From contig NC_068985.1 of assembly GCF_001194135.2 (NCBI RefSeq), positions 62,624,538 through 62,688,537 of the forward strand: a DNA stretch of 64,000 nucleotides. Reading direction: 5' to 3'. A program made the position numbers and the translations under genes. This document shows positions 12,801-26,679 of the stretch, piece after piece. The DNA is from Octopus bimaculoides. Its lineage: Eukaryota. The notes below the pieces were generated by a model. The model saw only the letters and a list, made by a program, of their open reading frames with translations, had not been told where the DNA came from and searched no databases. The stretch's first letter is position 1. Each line of letters begins with the position of its first letter.

Positions 12801-14207
12801 CAGGCTATAAGGTCAAAGAAAAACATTAGAAAGTGCAAAGTGGATCCATGCACAAGATGTGGTCAAATACATGACCGTTATAACTGTCCATTCAAAAAAC
12901 TTAAATGTTTCAGGTGTGGTTTTCAAGGTTACAAAAGTTCTCATTGTTGCACAAAAATAAGAAAAGAATCCAAAAATTATGCATATAGGAAACACAGGAT
13001 CACAAAACACATAGTTTTTAAATAAATGGAACAAAAGTCAGATTACAGCTTAATACTGGCAGTGATATAACCATATTAAATAACAAAACATGGAGTGTAA
13101 ACTGGTACTAAGTAAAAATACAAAAGCTGCAAGAGATGTTTCAGGAAGAAAATTACTGTTTAGAGGTGAATTCAATTGCAATGTGACTTTCTGAGGTAGA
13201 ACAATAAGAGCAAAGGCTTATGTACTAAATAATACCAATAATTTATTTGGAATGAATTGGATGGAGAAATTTGATCTCTGGGATTTACTCATTAGCCACT
13301 ATTGCAAAAATGTAATAGGTACAGGCACAAGTTTTAACACCAGCTTGGACAAATTGCAAAAAGAATTAAAGAAAAAATTCCCAGATGTGTTTTCAGATGA
13401 ACTAGGTGCATATTTGTAAACAAAAGCAAAATTTGAGATAACAGAGAATGCAGTACCAATTTTTAAACCAAAAAGAAATGTGCCGTCATACACAGCATTA
13501 GAACAGATAAACTTAAAGATACTAGAAAAAATTGGAGCTGTTCAAAAAGTAAAATATTCTCAATGAGCATCACTAACTGTATACGTTAAGAAAAAGAATA
13601 AAATCAGAGTGTGTGCTGATTTTTCCACTAGGTTAAACAAATGTTCAACTATCTGCTACCTACTCCAGAGGACACATTTACAAAATTAAATAGTGGCAAG
13701 ATATTTTTTAAATTGGGTTTCTCTAATATATATATATCTATAAATTAAAGTAGATAATGAATGCTCTAAGTACCTAACAATGAACACAAATAAAGGACTG
13801 CATAAATACAACAGGTTACCGTTTGGCATAAAAGTCATACCAGCAATCTTCCAACAGATTATGGATGTAATGTTAACGGACTATGAATTTGCAATTGCAT
13901 ATCTCGATGACATTGATTAAGAGTGAATCAAGAAGTCTGTATGTACAACATGTGAAAATGGTATTTAAATAACTGAGTGAATACAGGTTCAAACTGAGAA
14001 CAGATAAGTGTGATTTCTTTTTGCCTAAAATTAGATATTTAAGGCAATTCATAGATAGAAAGGGTTTGCGTCCAGATCCTTTTAGGGCATCAGCAAGTAA
14101 AAATATGCCCCTGCCAAAGAATGTGGCAACATTACAAACGTTTTTGGGTTTGGTGAATTATTACCAGATTTACATCTCTAATTTTCATAACTTGCATGCA
14201 CCATTAA

Positions 14208-14428
14208 CCCTTTGATGCCAACGTGCCTGAAACCACCTCTGGCTCTGTAGTACAAATGTCTTTGTTTCAAAAGTTCTGAATTAAAATCTTCCACCAAATT
14301 TTAGTCACAATTTATACTCCTAACACTAGCTTAATGATAACTAAGTTAGTTTACTAAATTCTTTGTAACATTTAAAATTAATTGAAAGAGACACAGAGCA
14401 CCTCAACAGAAATATGGTAACAAAAGGG
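14208..14428. mobile_element. piggyBac-like MITE (221 bp) with TTAA TSD
   Basis: TTAA|CCCTTTGATGCCA ... TGGTAACAAAAGGG|TTAA. Removing it restores the Gypsy reading frame HAPLN-YLLKK. Confidence 0.85.
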
Positions 14429-14540
14429 TTAAATTACCTGCTAAAGAAAGGAATAAAATGGAATTGGACACAAAAATGCCAAGAAGCCTTCAAACAGTTA
14501 AGATTTACTAACTTCTGAGATATCTTTAGCACACTATGAT

Positions 14541-14862
14541 CATCATCATCGTCGTTTAACGTCCGCTTTCCATGCTAGCATGGGTTGGATGATTTGACTG
14601 AGGACTGGTGGACCAGGAGGTGACACCAGGCTCCAATCTGATTTGGCAGAGTTTCTACAGCTGGATGCCCTTCCTAATGCCAACCACTCCGAGAATGTAG
14701 TGGGTGCTTTTACGTGCCACTGGCACAAGGGCCAGTCAGGCGGTACTGGCGATGGCCACGCTCGAAATGGTGTATTTTACATGCCACCTGCACAGGAGCC
14801 AGTCCATCGGCACTGGCAACGATCTCGCTCGAATGTCTTTTCACGTGCCAGTGGCACATGAA
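14541..14862 (-). mobile_element. (GAT)n-tailed retroposon (RTE 3'UTR fragment or RTE-dependent SINE) inserted in the Gypsy RNase H
   Basis: (CAT)n tail on the plus strand and the GGATGCCCTTCCTAA.GCCAACCAC core; it separates AHYD from REIIVANASEYGI. Confidence 0.8.
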
Positions 14863-17800
14863 AAGGGAAATTATAGTAGCAAATGCCAGTGAATATGGCA
14901 TCAGAGTGGTAATTTTGCGTAAGTATGAAGATGGTAATACAAAACCTGTAGCACATGCATCACGTACACTATTGCCTGCTGAGAGGAATTACAGCTAGAT
15001 TGACTAAGGAATCTTTGGCAATTATTTATGCTGTAAAAAAGTTCCATAAATTCATGCATGGCAGAAGGTTTTGTCTGCAAACCAATCATTGCCCGTTATT
15101 GACAATATTTGGCTCTAAGAAGGCCATCCCAGCACATACTGCCAATAGATTGCAGAGATGAGGAACCATTTTGTTGAACTACAATTTCAAAATGGAATAC
15201 TCCTCTCAAAAAAGTTAAGCCACCCAGGCAGGTTATCTAGGTTAATACCTAAAACTGTTGAACCATTCAAAGAAAGTGTAATTGTACCATTAAAACTGAA
15301 ATGGAGATAAAAAGCATTTTGTGTTATGTGATTAATGAATTGCCTGTAACCTTAGAAGAAATTAAAGCCAAAGCACTGAAAGATGACTATGAAAAAAATG
15401 AAGTAAATATATGCTGGATACACTGTATAAGTTTTTATTATGTTTCCTGTATGCATCATTTTTGGATTCTTTGAAAGAAAATAAAGTAAATATATGCCGG
15501 ACTGAAAATTTAAATTCAAACTCATATTCTGCATGAGACAACATTCTAATGTATGCACAGAGGATTGTTGTACCATTTCCACTGCAAAAAAGAATTCTGA
15601 AAGATTTTCATGTTGGACATCCAGGAATGTTGTGCATGAGAAGCTATGTGCAATGTCTGAAGATGGATAAAGATATTGCAGATCCTGCAGAGGCTGACAA
15701 CAAAATCACCTATTGTAAGACATCAACTATAGTCATAGACTGAGACACCATGGTCCAGGCTTCACATAGACTTCACTGGCCCAATATATGGAAACTATTT
15801 TCTTGTAGTAGTGGATAGTTACACAAAATGGCCAGAAGTAAATGTAGATATCCTATGTATCTACAATAATTGATTTCCTCCATGAAATATTTGCTCGATA
15901 TGGTATACTGGATACCATAGTAATGGGACAACTGCGATAATGGGACACAGTTTACAGGATCTCAATTCAGAGATGCCTGCCAGATGTTCCAAACTGATCA
16001 TGTATCCATGCCACCATATCACCCATGGTCAAATGGTCAGGTGGAACGGTTCGTGAACACTTTCAAGAGGGCACTAAGAAAAGTGAACCACAGAAGGATT
16101 TATGACCTGGCATTAATAAAATTTCTAAGGGTATATAGGGTATATAGAGTTACTCCAAACCCAAATGCACCATCTAGTAAATCTAGAACAAATGTTCACG
16201 AGAAAGACTAAGCCCCTATTCAACAAAGAAAAAAGACTTGAAATAACAATAACGACAAAAGCACTACAACGAAAAGTTTTAAAGTAGGCGAAAAAGTGCT
16301 TTTTAAAATATACAGATATGGGAAACAATCATGGGAGGATGGTATTATTTGAAATAGGATTAGGAAAATGATCTAAATGGTAAAAAAGGCAAAAGGACAA
16401 GGGATTGATTTCAAAAGACATGCAAACCAGTTGAGAAAAAGATACACTGAGAATAATAATAAAAGAATTGAAGAACCAATGGATTTTATGTACACTATGT
16501 TCGAAGTATTATTACCAGATGAAACTGACACATCTATTCGGAGTAGTATTAGAAGGAGGAAGTTTCCAGAGCATTTAATGGTTGGCTCAAAGAGGAAAAA
16601 GTATTGAATTCTGTTCGGAGTTGATTTGTCTTTTAAATGTGGGGGAGAAATTAAATTTTTAAAAATAAATGTGTTCACCCACACTCTACAGGAAGTGTAT
16701 AGTTTAAAGGGGAGATGTGGAGTGAATTGACACACCCGCATATGACTGTCAATGGACTGGACAAGTCTATAAATAGATGAGCCAGTAGACAGTTGAGGTG
16801 GAACTGTGAGAGCGTTAGTCTCGTTATTGATTCTGCATTTGGAGTGTTATTGTGCAAACGGTTATAAGGTAACCAACTCTTGTTATATTGTTATATGGTT
16901 ATATTTGATACAGTGACATACTGTTACACACACACACATCATATATTGTCACTGATGACATAACAGATATCTCACTAGTTCACAAGGACACAGAAATACC
17001 AAAATTATACACTGTTTCTTTGTGGATGACTTGAAACTAGATGCAAAGAATATGCATAAGATGAAAAAAAGCCTTGACCTGGTTACAACATTCTCAAAGA
17101 ATGTAGGATTAGAGTGTGGTCACGATAAATGTTATATAGCAACATCTCCATCAATGACTTGACTGTTCCTCCTATATCAGATAAGGAATGTTACAGGTAT
17201 ATAGGGGTAGATGAAAACATATCTTACAATGGCACCTGTAACAAAACACGTGTCGCTAAAAAATATTACAGCTGAATAAGGAAAATTTGAACCGCAGAAC
17301 TCTCTGCATGCAATAAAACAGTGGACCACAATGTGATAGCAATGCCAGTACTCATACCAACATTTGGGCTGCTTGAATGGATGCTTGATGAAATCCAAGC
17401 CATTGATGTGAAAATCTGGAAGATATGAACAGGCACACATAATTTCCACATCAACAGTGATATAGACTGCCTGTACCTAAAATGAAAACAAGACAGCAGA
17501 GGCTTAACATCAATCCAAAATGCCTTTGAATGTTGTATCATATCCCTTTGGCAGCATCTTTTAACCACTAGGTGTCGAAGTGCATCCTTTGACAAACTTT
17601 GCATACATTAGGCTGAAACATCATAAGACTTGGAAGGCAGCTTCCTGAGCAGCATTCCTTGTCTGATAATCTTAAATACATGCCCAAAGAAGTCACACGG
17701 CTCTACTGCAATGTAGCATCAGATTAAAGGATGAGCATATATGAGCAGAAGACCATGCATGGATATGTTAGTAGAAAGCTTAGAGATGATAGTAACATTG

Positions 17801-18039
17801 ATCATCAAAGCAGTCTATCTTGACCAACAACTGGATTACTACTTCCCATTTTTAAGGGTATGCATTTGCAATCCAGTAACAGGAAATATCAACCAAATAT
17901 CTCATGCACAAAAGGGACAGAGATGCAGGAAAAGCAGTAAAATGTGACAACTGATGTAGATTTTCTGGAATTAACACCAAAGATGCCACTCACATCATAA
18001 ACAGTTGTCCAAAAATATCATCACAGTATTATCTACCAG

Positions 18040-19083
18040 AGTTCATTGTGGTGCATCGCTTGTGACTTTGGCATTTCCGAGTGCTTCGTCAATGCCTTTC
18101 AGAGCCTTTATTGCGAGTCTAGATGCTGTGTTCAGATGGAGACAGGCTACATCAACTACTTTACCATTGAGACCGGTGTACAGCAAGAGTGCATTCTATC
18201 CCCTTTCCTATTTCTTATGGCAATCGACTTCGTCATGCATGGGGTGATGCACCAACACAGATTTAGGATTCCGTGGTGTGGATCGAGGCGCCTGACTGAC
18301 CTTGACTTTACCAAATTACACTGATGAAGAATGTCGTTCACACAATGACAGAGAGATTGGAATGGGAAGCAGCCAAGATCAGACTCTGCATAAGTGCAAA
18401 CAAGATGAAGATCATGAGGATTGGATGTGTCGACAGGAACAACAATGACATCCCCTTGATGATTGGACAACACCAAATCAAGGAAGTTGATGAGTTCACA
18501 TATTTGGCCAGCATCGTGGTCAATGATGGAGACACCAAATGCGACGTTGCCTGCCAGATTGGGAAGGCCTTGGCTGTCTTTCAAAGACTCAAACCCATCT
18601 GGGCAGGCAGGGCAATCTCTACCAAGACCAAAGTGCACCTCTTCAACAGTATTGGCAATATATGTGGCGGAAACATGGAAGATACCGACAAAGATTGCAC
18701 GAAGGCTCAATGTATTTCAATTACAATGCCTCCAGCAGAGACTGTGAATGTCATCCAGGACCACATCACCAATGACGAGGTACATCGCTGAACTGATACC
18801 TGTCCATGCCATGATGTTGTCACTGAGCGTCGCTTGTGATTCGCAGGCCATGTTCTCTGATTATCATCATCATGGCATGCAAAAACCGCCATTCAGTGGA
18901 AGGCACCACATAACAAGAGAAAACAAGGGCAACCTAAAGTGACTTGGCACAGCACCTTCATTGATGACCTCAAAGGTATTGACATTTCATGGGATGAAGC
19001 TGAAATCGCCACAGTCAACCAACCATGTTGGAGAAACCTTGCCACCCAATGCACCACATGGCACAGGAGGACCTAAGATTAAA
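18040..19083 (+). mobile_element. 5'-truncated RTE LINE with a 12-bp TSD (ATTATCTACCAG), from a different RTE subfamily
   Basis: ETGVQQECILSPFLF, RLTDLDF and EVDEFTYL motifs; TSD at 18028-18039 and 19084-19095. Confidence 0.88.
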
Positions 19084-19794
19084 ATTATCTACCAGTGAGA
19101 CATGATGTTGTAGCAAGGACACTGTATAATGAGATCCGTCGAAAGGATAACTCTGAGGACAAAAAAATAAGAATCCACAGTATGGTGGAAGCCATAGCCA
19201 CTCATAATAAAAAGGAGTACTGATGGAATGTCCCAGTGAAAACCTCAATAAAATGTAAACACAATAGACCTGATATAATAATTTGGGACAGAGAAGAGAA
19301 ACTGTACAGTTGTGGAAATCAGCTACCCAGCAGATGTTAACATAAAACTGAAGATCAGTGAAAACAGAATATCTACGCTGAACTATTGAGAAATCTGCAG
19401 TTACTCTATCCAGATTACAAGTTCAGGTTTATACCTGTAATTTTGGTGCTCTGGGATATGTAACATATTGCCTAAATATCAATCTTGAGAATTTAGGCTT
19501 CTCAAAACCAGAAAGGAGAAAGCTAATTTGAAGACTACAGATCTAAGCTATCACAGGAACTGTAAAAATCTGTAAAACTTTCCAGAAATTTATCATTTAA
19601 GTATATATGAGCATGTCTAGGTATGCAAGTATATGCATGAAAAGACATACAAATCTGCACACACACACACATACATACCCTGTTGTTGATGTTGAAATTC
19701 CAATAAAGGAGCCTTGGATCTAGGTTTGAAACTGGCTCTTTCTCTATTGGCAAGAAATCTTGAAATAAAACTGAATAATGACAAACAGACATAT

Positions 19795-20050
19795 CATAAT
19801 CATCATCATCATTTAATGTCCATTTTCTATGCTGGCAAGAAAGGGTTGGATGTTCTTCAGAAGCTAGCAAGTCAGAGAACTGCACCAAGCTCCAATGGCT
19901 GCTCTGATACAGTATCTATATATATGGCTGGATGCCCTTCCAAATACCAGCCACTTTACAGAGAGTACTGGGCATTTTGTATGTAGCACTGACAATAGTG
20001 AGGGCCAAGTAACTCACAAAACAAGACCTTTCAACTGAAAGTGACAGTGT
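19795..20050 (-). repeat. Diverged (GAT)n-tailed retroposon followed by a purine-rich low-complexity tract extending to about 20700
   Basis: CATCATCATTTAATGTCC and CTGGATGCCCTTCC core; similar purine-rich blocks occur at 34260-34430 and 59990-60400. Confidence 0.5.
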
Positions 20051-21799
20051 AGTATTGAGGGAGGTGGCTTTCTAGGTGATGAGAGATTAAAGTATGATAA
20101 AAGGACAAGCGTCTTGCTCTAGGAGAGATACATGAAAGAGAAAGAGGTTGGTGATGAAGATGTGATGGGGCAGTGAATAAAAGAGAAGCAGTATAGGTTG
20201 GTAAATAAGTTTGTGGGAGTGTGAGAGGTGAGCAGCAGATAGATAACAAGAAATGCAGTGAGTGGTGAACACTGTGGAGCCATGGTCAATCATGAGTTTC
20301 TGTTAGAGGGGAAGGTGGAGGAAGTAGTTGTGCATCAGGCGGGTAATCGGTGGAAGTAAAGATGGTGCAAAATGTGTGGTGGATGATGTGAAAGAGAGAT
20401 GCTAGGAATGGGGTGTGAGGCACATGGGAGTGGAAATGGTTGGAGATGGACAGAGGGAATAGTGGGTGGGGGCTGCTGTTGCAAAACGGTGGGGTGTACA
20501 GGGGAAGAGGGCTGAAAGCAGCATTCTGTGGAAAAGGAGGTAATGGATGATACTGTGATACAGTGCAAAACAATGTGGTTCCAGGGAGAGAGAGAGAGAG
20601 CAGTAGAAGTAAGGGATGAAATACACGAGTTCCCTTCTCATAATTACAGCAGTTGGGTGAGTAGTGCTGTAATCCAAAGAGTAATAGAGGGTGGTGGTTA
20701 GGAATATGAGTTGTGGAAGGGAAGGTTTATCAGGGACAAATTGAGTGCAGGGACACAAACAAAAGCAACGTGTTTTTAGGTTCTTATTTTTGCTTAGATG
20801 TATGGGTTTTCTCAAGCACAGGAAATTGCCAAACATCTCAGTCCTTTGTCATCTACTCCCTGAGGTTCAACATCCAGGGGTCGTCCCTTACTACTTCATC
20901 TCACATCTTCCACATTCCTTTCCACACCCATATATATATATATATATATATATAGGGTGAGAGAAAGACTGTTATCTCCAACGATAAGTCTATTGTATTA
21001 CTATTTAGTATTAGTTTTCACAACTTGTCGGAAGTGAGTCACTTCCGGATCGTATCTGAGATCAAGGTTGTTTTGTTTTCATAAAAATGGATGGGGTCTT
21101 TTTACGTCCATCTATATCTTAGAAAACACACTGTCATCCCTGAATGTTCTCCTTCTTTGGTTATTTCATGTTACTGCAAACATGGCTTTGTACCAGTGAG
21201 ACCAATTTTCTGCTGCTTCTAGAATGATGAGCCGACAAAGTTTTTGTAAGATAATTTAAATATATGTAGTTGTTTTCCTTATATTAACCTGAGACATATA
21301 ATGATGTGTAGATAATTGTATATCCATGGGCGAAAGTGTTTGGTGTATCCAACATTTTTTCCTCATTCAGTACTTTTCGCCCATGTGTGTCAGTCATAAT
21401 AAACATGTTGAATGTATTTTGTAATCAAACTTTGTTTCAAGAAAGTTGTATATCGGGAAGTCAAATATTAGTAAAACCCTGTTCGAATAATTTTTGTATT
21501 TAAGTTTGTCGTATTTTTGTATTTTTCTTATTTTGTAGTCTACCATACACTTGCCATACATTTGTATAAACATGCAGTACACCTGCACGATATAATGTAC
21601 AAATAGAAAATAAATGGCTCCAAAAGTTTAAACCATTGTTCATCTTTCTTATCCCAGTGATGATTATGACTCTGTTCACCTACATTTCTACACAAAGCAG
21701 CAACAGTAGAAAAAAATTCTGCATAGGACTTCCAAGTCATTGGAAAGGACTTAAAAAGTGAAGTTGTACCAGTGATTCATCTGAATAGCATAAGTTCTA

Positions 21800-24700
21800 T
21801 AATGACAGATCTCAAAAAAGAAAGGACACTGTGTAAGAGAGCCCTAACATTTGTAATAAACTATGTGAAACAATGCATTGTGGAAGACGCTTTCAATGCT
21901 CTTGCCGAGCAAGGAAAAAAAAATAAAACACTTGTTCAAAAGATTCTCTGAGGCTCATAACACTTTTCATGAAACACTAGATGAAGATGAAATTGATGAA
22001 AGTGAAAACTATTTCAACAGTGTGCAAACTGACTATGTAAAAAATTTTATACAAGGTAAAAAATGCATTCAAAGATATGAAGCCCAAAACTGTACAAAGT
22101 GTGGTTGAAAAACCCCATGTTGAAGTCAAAGAGTTGCTTACAAACTTACAAATGCTAAAAGTAGAGTTGGAAACCTTCAAGGGTGATCCGCTCATGTATC
22201 ATCAATTTATTAAATCGTTTCAACTCAATGTTGATTCAATTTGTATTGATAATGATTTCAAACTGAAACGTTTACTTCAGTATACACAAGGTCCTGTGAG
22301 AGATGCCATCAGGAGCTGTCTTTTAATCGCTGGTGAGGCAGGATATCATTAAGCACTTGCTATTCTCGAGAATAGATTTGGCAATTCCCACTTGGTAACT
22401 GAGGAAATCCTCAATAATTTGAAACAAAGTAAACCAGTGAAAACACCACGAGAATTACAGAAACTAGTGGATGATCTGAAAAATTCTGAGTTGATTTTGA
22501 CAAAGCTAAACATGCTTCAAGAAGTGAATTCACAATCTAACATTTTGAACATTGTTAACCGTTTACAACTTTATTTACATACTCTTAAATACAAAAGTTC
22601 CAAGGAAGATTACCTTAAGTTCAATTTTCTGGTAGAGTTTACTGCTAAAGCTGCATCAGATGTGAATGACTCTGTCTATGGCAAAATGATAAAGAAACAT
22701 CACAATCGTGCATCAAAGACTGCTACTACAACAAGCTTGACTATTAGTGCTACTTATCACAGAGACAATATACATCATACTGGTACTTATGCACATTCAG
22801 TGCCAGCATGTGTATTGTGTAATGAACATCATCAATTGTGGCATTGCCAAATGTTTCGGAGAATGACACCTAAAGACAGGTTGGGCCTTGTAACAGAATG
22901 CACATTGTGTCATAATTGCCTTTTATCTAGTCACAATACAGAATCATGTAAGAAACAATTTATCTGTAATGTGGTAGGTTGTGGTAAAAAACACACCATG
23001 TACATTTGTGTAAATGAAAATCCACCAAGTCAAGATAGTAGTGTGTCAAATGCTAATATATCTGCTAGTACTGATTCAGTTACACACATGCCAGTTATAC
23101 AAATTAAAGTGGATAGTGGTACGAAAGTGTTTGTCTTGCTTGATACAGGATCAAGCAATTCCTTTTGTAAAACGAGTGCACTTGCAGGGTGAATTTGTGT
23201 CATATCATTTGAATACATTGAACAAGTCTACATCTGCTAAGTCAGAAATGGTCAGTTTATTTTTGTGTACTGAAGATGATGATAGTTTAGAGATTTCTGG
23301 TGTATATGTAGTTGATGAAATCCCAGCAAAAACAACAAGGATAGATTTGAGCAAATATGAACATCTTCATGATATCGGCTTGCCACATTTTGATAGTTCT
23401 TGCCATGTAGATCTATTACTAGGTCAAGATCATGCAGAAGCCTTTATACCATTAGAGGTATGTAAGGGTAACAAAGGCGAACCCTTTGCTGTTAGAACAA
23501 TCTTTGGTTGGTGTATCAATGGTCAGTCACCGGTTAAAAAGGCTAGTTGTCAATTCATATCTAACTTTGTTACTATTTCGCCCCCGGTAGTTACAAATGA
23601 CATATATAAATTATGGAAATTGGAAAACGAGGGGATTAATGAATTTGGTTGGTCACAAGATGATCATTCAGTGATTGAATTATGAGATAGGGAGTGTTTG
23701 AAAGTGGATGGTCATTATCAGTTACCAATTCCCTGGAAAGATAGGAATGAACCATTGCCAAATAATTATGTAGTAGCTAAATCCAGGCTAAAATCTACAT
23801 TCAGAAAACTTAAAGGGCAAGATCTTATTCAAAGATATGGCTTAGAAATCAAGAAGTTAGTTAGCAATGGATATGCTGAGGTTTGTTCCTCCAGAGCAAA
23901 TTCATGGTATCAAACATATATCGTATCTTCCTCATCATGCAGTTATTTCTGATAAGAAACTTGGCAAAGTGCGCACTGTATTTGATTGTGCAACAAAATA
24001 TCAGGGCAAATCTCTCAATGAATGTTGCAAACAAGGTCCTGACCTAGTTAGCAAACTTTTGCATGTATTGTTGAGATTTAGACAGTATCACTATTCCATT
24101 CTAGCTGACATTGAATCTATGTATCATCAAGTCAAGATTCCACTGGAAGATAGAGATGCTTTGAGATTTTTGTGGTATCAAGGTGGTGAGGTTGTTCACT
24201 ATCGCATGACGTCACATTTTTTGGGGGGGAGGGTGCTAGTTCTACCTATGCTCTTAAACAGATTGTTGCAGAATGTGAAGACGCCAGTACATTAGCAATT
24301 GATTCAATTGACAAGTCATTCTATGTAGATAATTTATTGAAATCTATAGAAGAGAAAGATGAAGCTAGAATAATTCTGCATGAAGTTCCCTTGGTTTTAG
24401 CTAGTGGTGGTTTCAATCTCATAAAATTTGTTGTCAAATATAGTCAGTTGTTGGAAGAAATTCCAGAGAATCACAGGGCAAAAGAGGTGAAGAGATTCAC
24501 CAGGAAGGGTATTTGGTGTAAAATGGAATATCATGTCAATGCCTTTGCCTTTGAGGTCAATGTAGAGATAAATCAGATAGTCACGAGGAGGAAAATGTTG
24601 AGCATTGTGTCATTGATGTATGACTCACTTGGGTTTGTTGGTCCCCAGATATTATTGGGCAAGATTATTTTTCAGGATGCTACCCATTATAAGTATGATT

Positions 24701-26660
24701 GGGATGAACCAGTTCCTTTGGGACTTTGTGTGCAGTGGAACAAATGGTTGGAAACATTGGAGTTTCTCAATCAAGTGCAAATTCCGCACCGTATTAAACC
24801 ACTGGGTTTTGATGAGGCATATTTGGAATTATATCATTTTTCAGATGCAAGCCTGTCAGCCTATGGTTGTTGTAGCTATATCAGGCGTGTCAACAAGTTT
24901 GGAAAGATCCCTACACAGCTTATCATAAACAAAAGTAGAGTTGCACCTCTCGAACAATGTACCATACCACGACTGGAATTACAAGCAACCACTTTGTCAG
25001 TCAGAGTTAACACTCTCCTGAGAAAGGAATTGGAAATCAGAATTGATCGGACGTTCTTTTCGTCAGATTCAAAAGTAGTTTTGGCTTACATTATAAACGA
25101 AACCAAACGATTCCAGATATTTATAGAAAATAGAGTTAGTCTTATCAGTGGCATTATGTGTCAAGCAGAAACAATCCTGCGGACATTGTTAGTCGAGGTC
25201 TGGTGTTTGGTAAATTAGATAGCGAATTGTGGTTCAGTGGACCCACCTTCTTGAGGCAACAAAAAACTGATGAATGGCAACTATACAAGAATAGTGAGGA
25301 ATTGTTATTGGGTGATATGGAGATCAGAAAAGACTCATTTAGGATGTGCAATGCTCATAGGTAGTATGAATCCTATAGACAGGGTCATGGAACATTATTC
25401 AGACTGGTGCAGGATGAAACATGCTTTAGCATGGTTGCTTCGATTTGCAAAAATGTGCAAAAACAGAAATGTCAAACAGGGACCTTTATGTGTTGAAGAA
25501 ATGCATTATGCAGAGTTGCTTCTGATCATGAGAGCTCAGCGAATACATTATAAAGATGAATTAGTTTATTGGGAAAAAAATGTATCAGCAAATCCAGTTC
25601 CCTCAGATCACTCCACCCATTTCTGGATGATGATAGTATTCTCAGGGTAGGTGGTAGATTGGTTGAGTCTACAGCTGAAATCAAGAATCCGGTTATAATA
25701 TCAGGTAAACATGCCATTGCTGAGTGTATTGCTGCTCATTTTCACAGAAAAGCTCATGTAGGGAGAGAATGGACTTTATGACTTATTAGACAGTATTATT
25801 GGATAACAGGTGGCAGATCTGTTGTTAAGAAAGTAATCCGTTCATGTGTAGGAAGTTATTTGCCAAGCCAGCTTCTCAAATTATGGCAAATATCCCCAGG
25901 GAGAGAGTTGAAACAGACAAACCTACTTTTACATACATTGGTGTAGATGTCTTTGGGTATTTCATGGTCAAAGTCAACTGTTCAGAAGTAAAGTGTTACA
26001 GTTGTATATTCACATGTCCTGTAACTAGAGCAGTATATATTGAGATGTTACATAGTCTAGACACCAAATCTTTCATCAATTGTTTTCACAGATTTATATC
26101 TAGAAGGGGTCACCTACAGAAGGTTTACTCAGACAATGGTACAAACTTTGTTGGGGCTATAGCTGAGTTAGAAAGGGGTTTACAGAAGTTATCTCAGACT
26201 GATATCCAAGCTTATACATTGAATCGAAACATAAATTGGCATTTTAAACCACCAGCAGTTTCTCATATGAGGAGAGCTTGGGAACGCATGATAGGTTGTG
26301 CTAGGAGAGTTATGGAAAGGTTACTGTCTGGTCCTGTTAGACTCACTGATGAAATTCTAGAGACAGCGTTTGCAGTGGTTGAATCTATTTTGAATGGTAG
26401 GCTGCTAACAAATTTAAGTGACAATCCAAAGGATCCTTTTCCATTAACACCCAATCGTTTACTTTTGCTTAGGGAAGGTTCAACAGTACCTCCAGGTAAA
26501 TTTGATGAGAGGGACACTTTTCGTAGGAGATGGAAAATGTACATTTAGCAGATCAGTTCTGGTCTAAATGAGTAAAATTGTATTTACCTGATTTACATAA
26601 ACGGGTCAAGTGGACAGAATTACATAGGAATATATCAGTTGGAGATCGAGTGCTCATGCC
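21800..26660 (+). mobile_element. BEL/Pao LTR retrotransposon internal region, decayed and 3'-truncated
   Basis: Gag (VELETFKGDPLMYHQF), three Cys/His knuckles, protease LLDTGS, RT (YLPHHAVI, KVRTVFDCA, QGPDL, YVDN), RNase H (HFSDAS, ELQA, SDS) and integrase (GVDVFG, SDNGTNF, AWERMIG), in BEL/Pao domain order. No LTRs were identified. Confidence 0.93.
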
Positions 26661-26679
26661 AGGAGAAAACATGTGATGA

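Larger units (their letters stand above)
11803..16965 (+). mobile_element. Full-length but decayed Ty3/Gypsy element with both LTRs and a 5-bp TSD (GATAT)
   Basis: LTRs 11803-12062 and 16716-16965 (TG...CA); GATAT at 11798-11802 and 16966-16970; degenerate PBS at 12063; PPT AAAGGGGAGA at 16706-16715; gag, CCHC, RT (AYLDD), RNase H (ASEYGI, YAVKKFHKF) and integrase (HVGHPG, SNGQVERFVNTFKRAL). Confidence 0.93.
11787..19785 (+). mobile_element. R4/Dong-like non-LTR retrotransposon (RT, CCHC, restriction-like endonuclease), 5'-truncated and split by two later insertions
   Basis: Removing the Gypsy copy rejoins SEGY|LTSSQGHRNTKIIHCFFVDDLKL. Downstream are HINSDIDCLYL...RGL, MHG and GYAFAIQ. Removing the RTE insert rejoins THIINSCPKISSQYYLP|VRHDVVA. 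The endonuclease shows HNRPDLIIWD...VVEISYP and IPVI.GALGYV. The 5' limit is approximate. Confidence 0.8.

Noticed and set aside
20955-21600. Possible 5' LTR of the BEL/Pao element, including an 11-bp hairpin at about 21325-21385
   Set aside because: No partner LTR, PBS or TSD could be identified.
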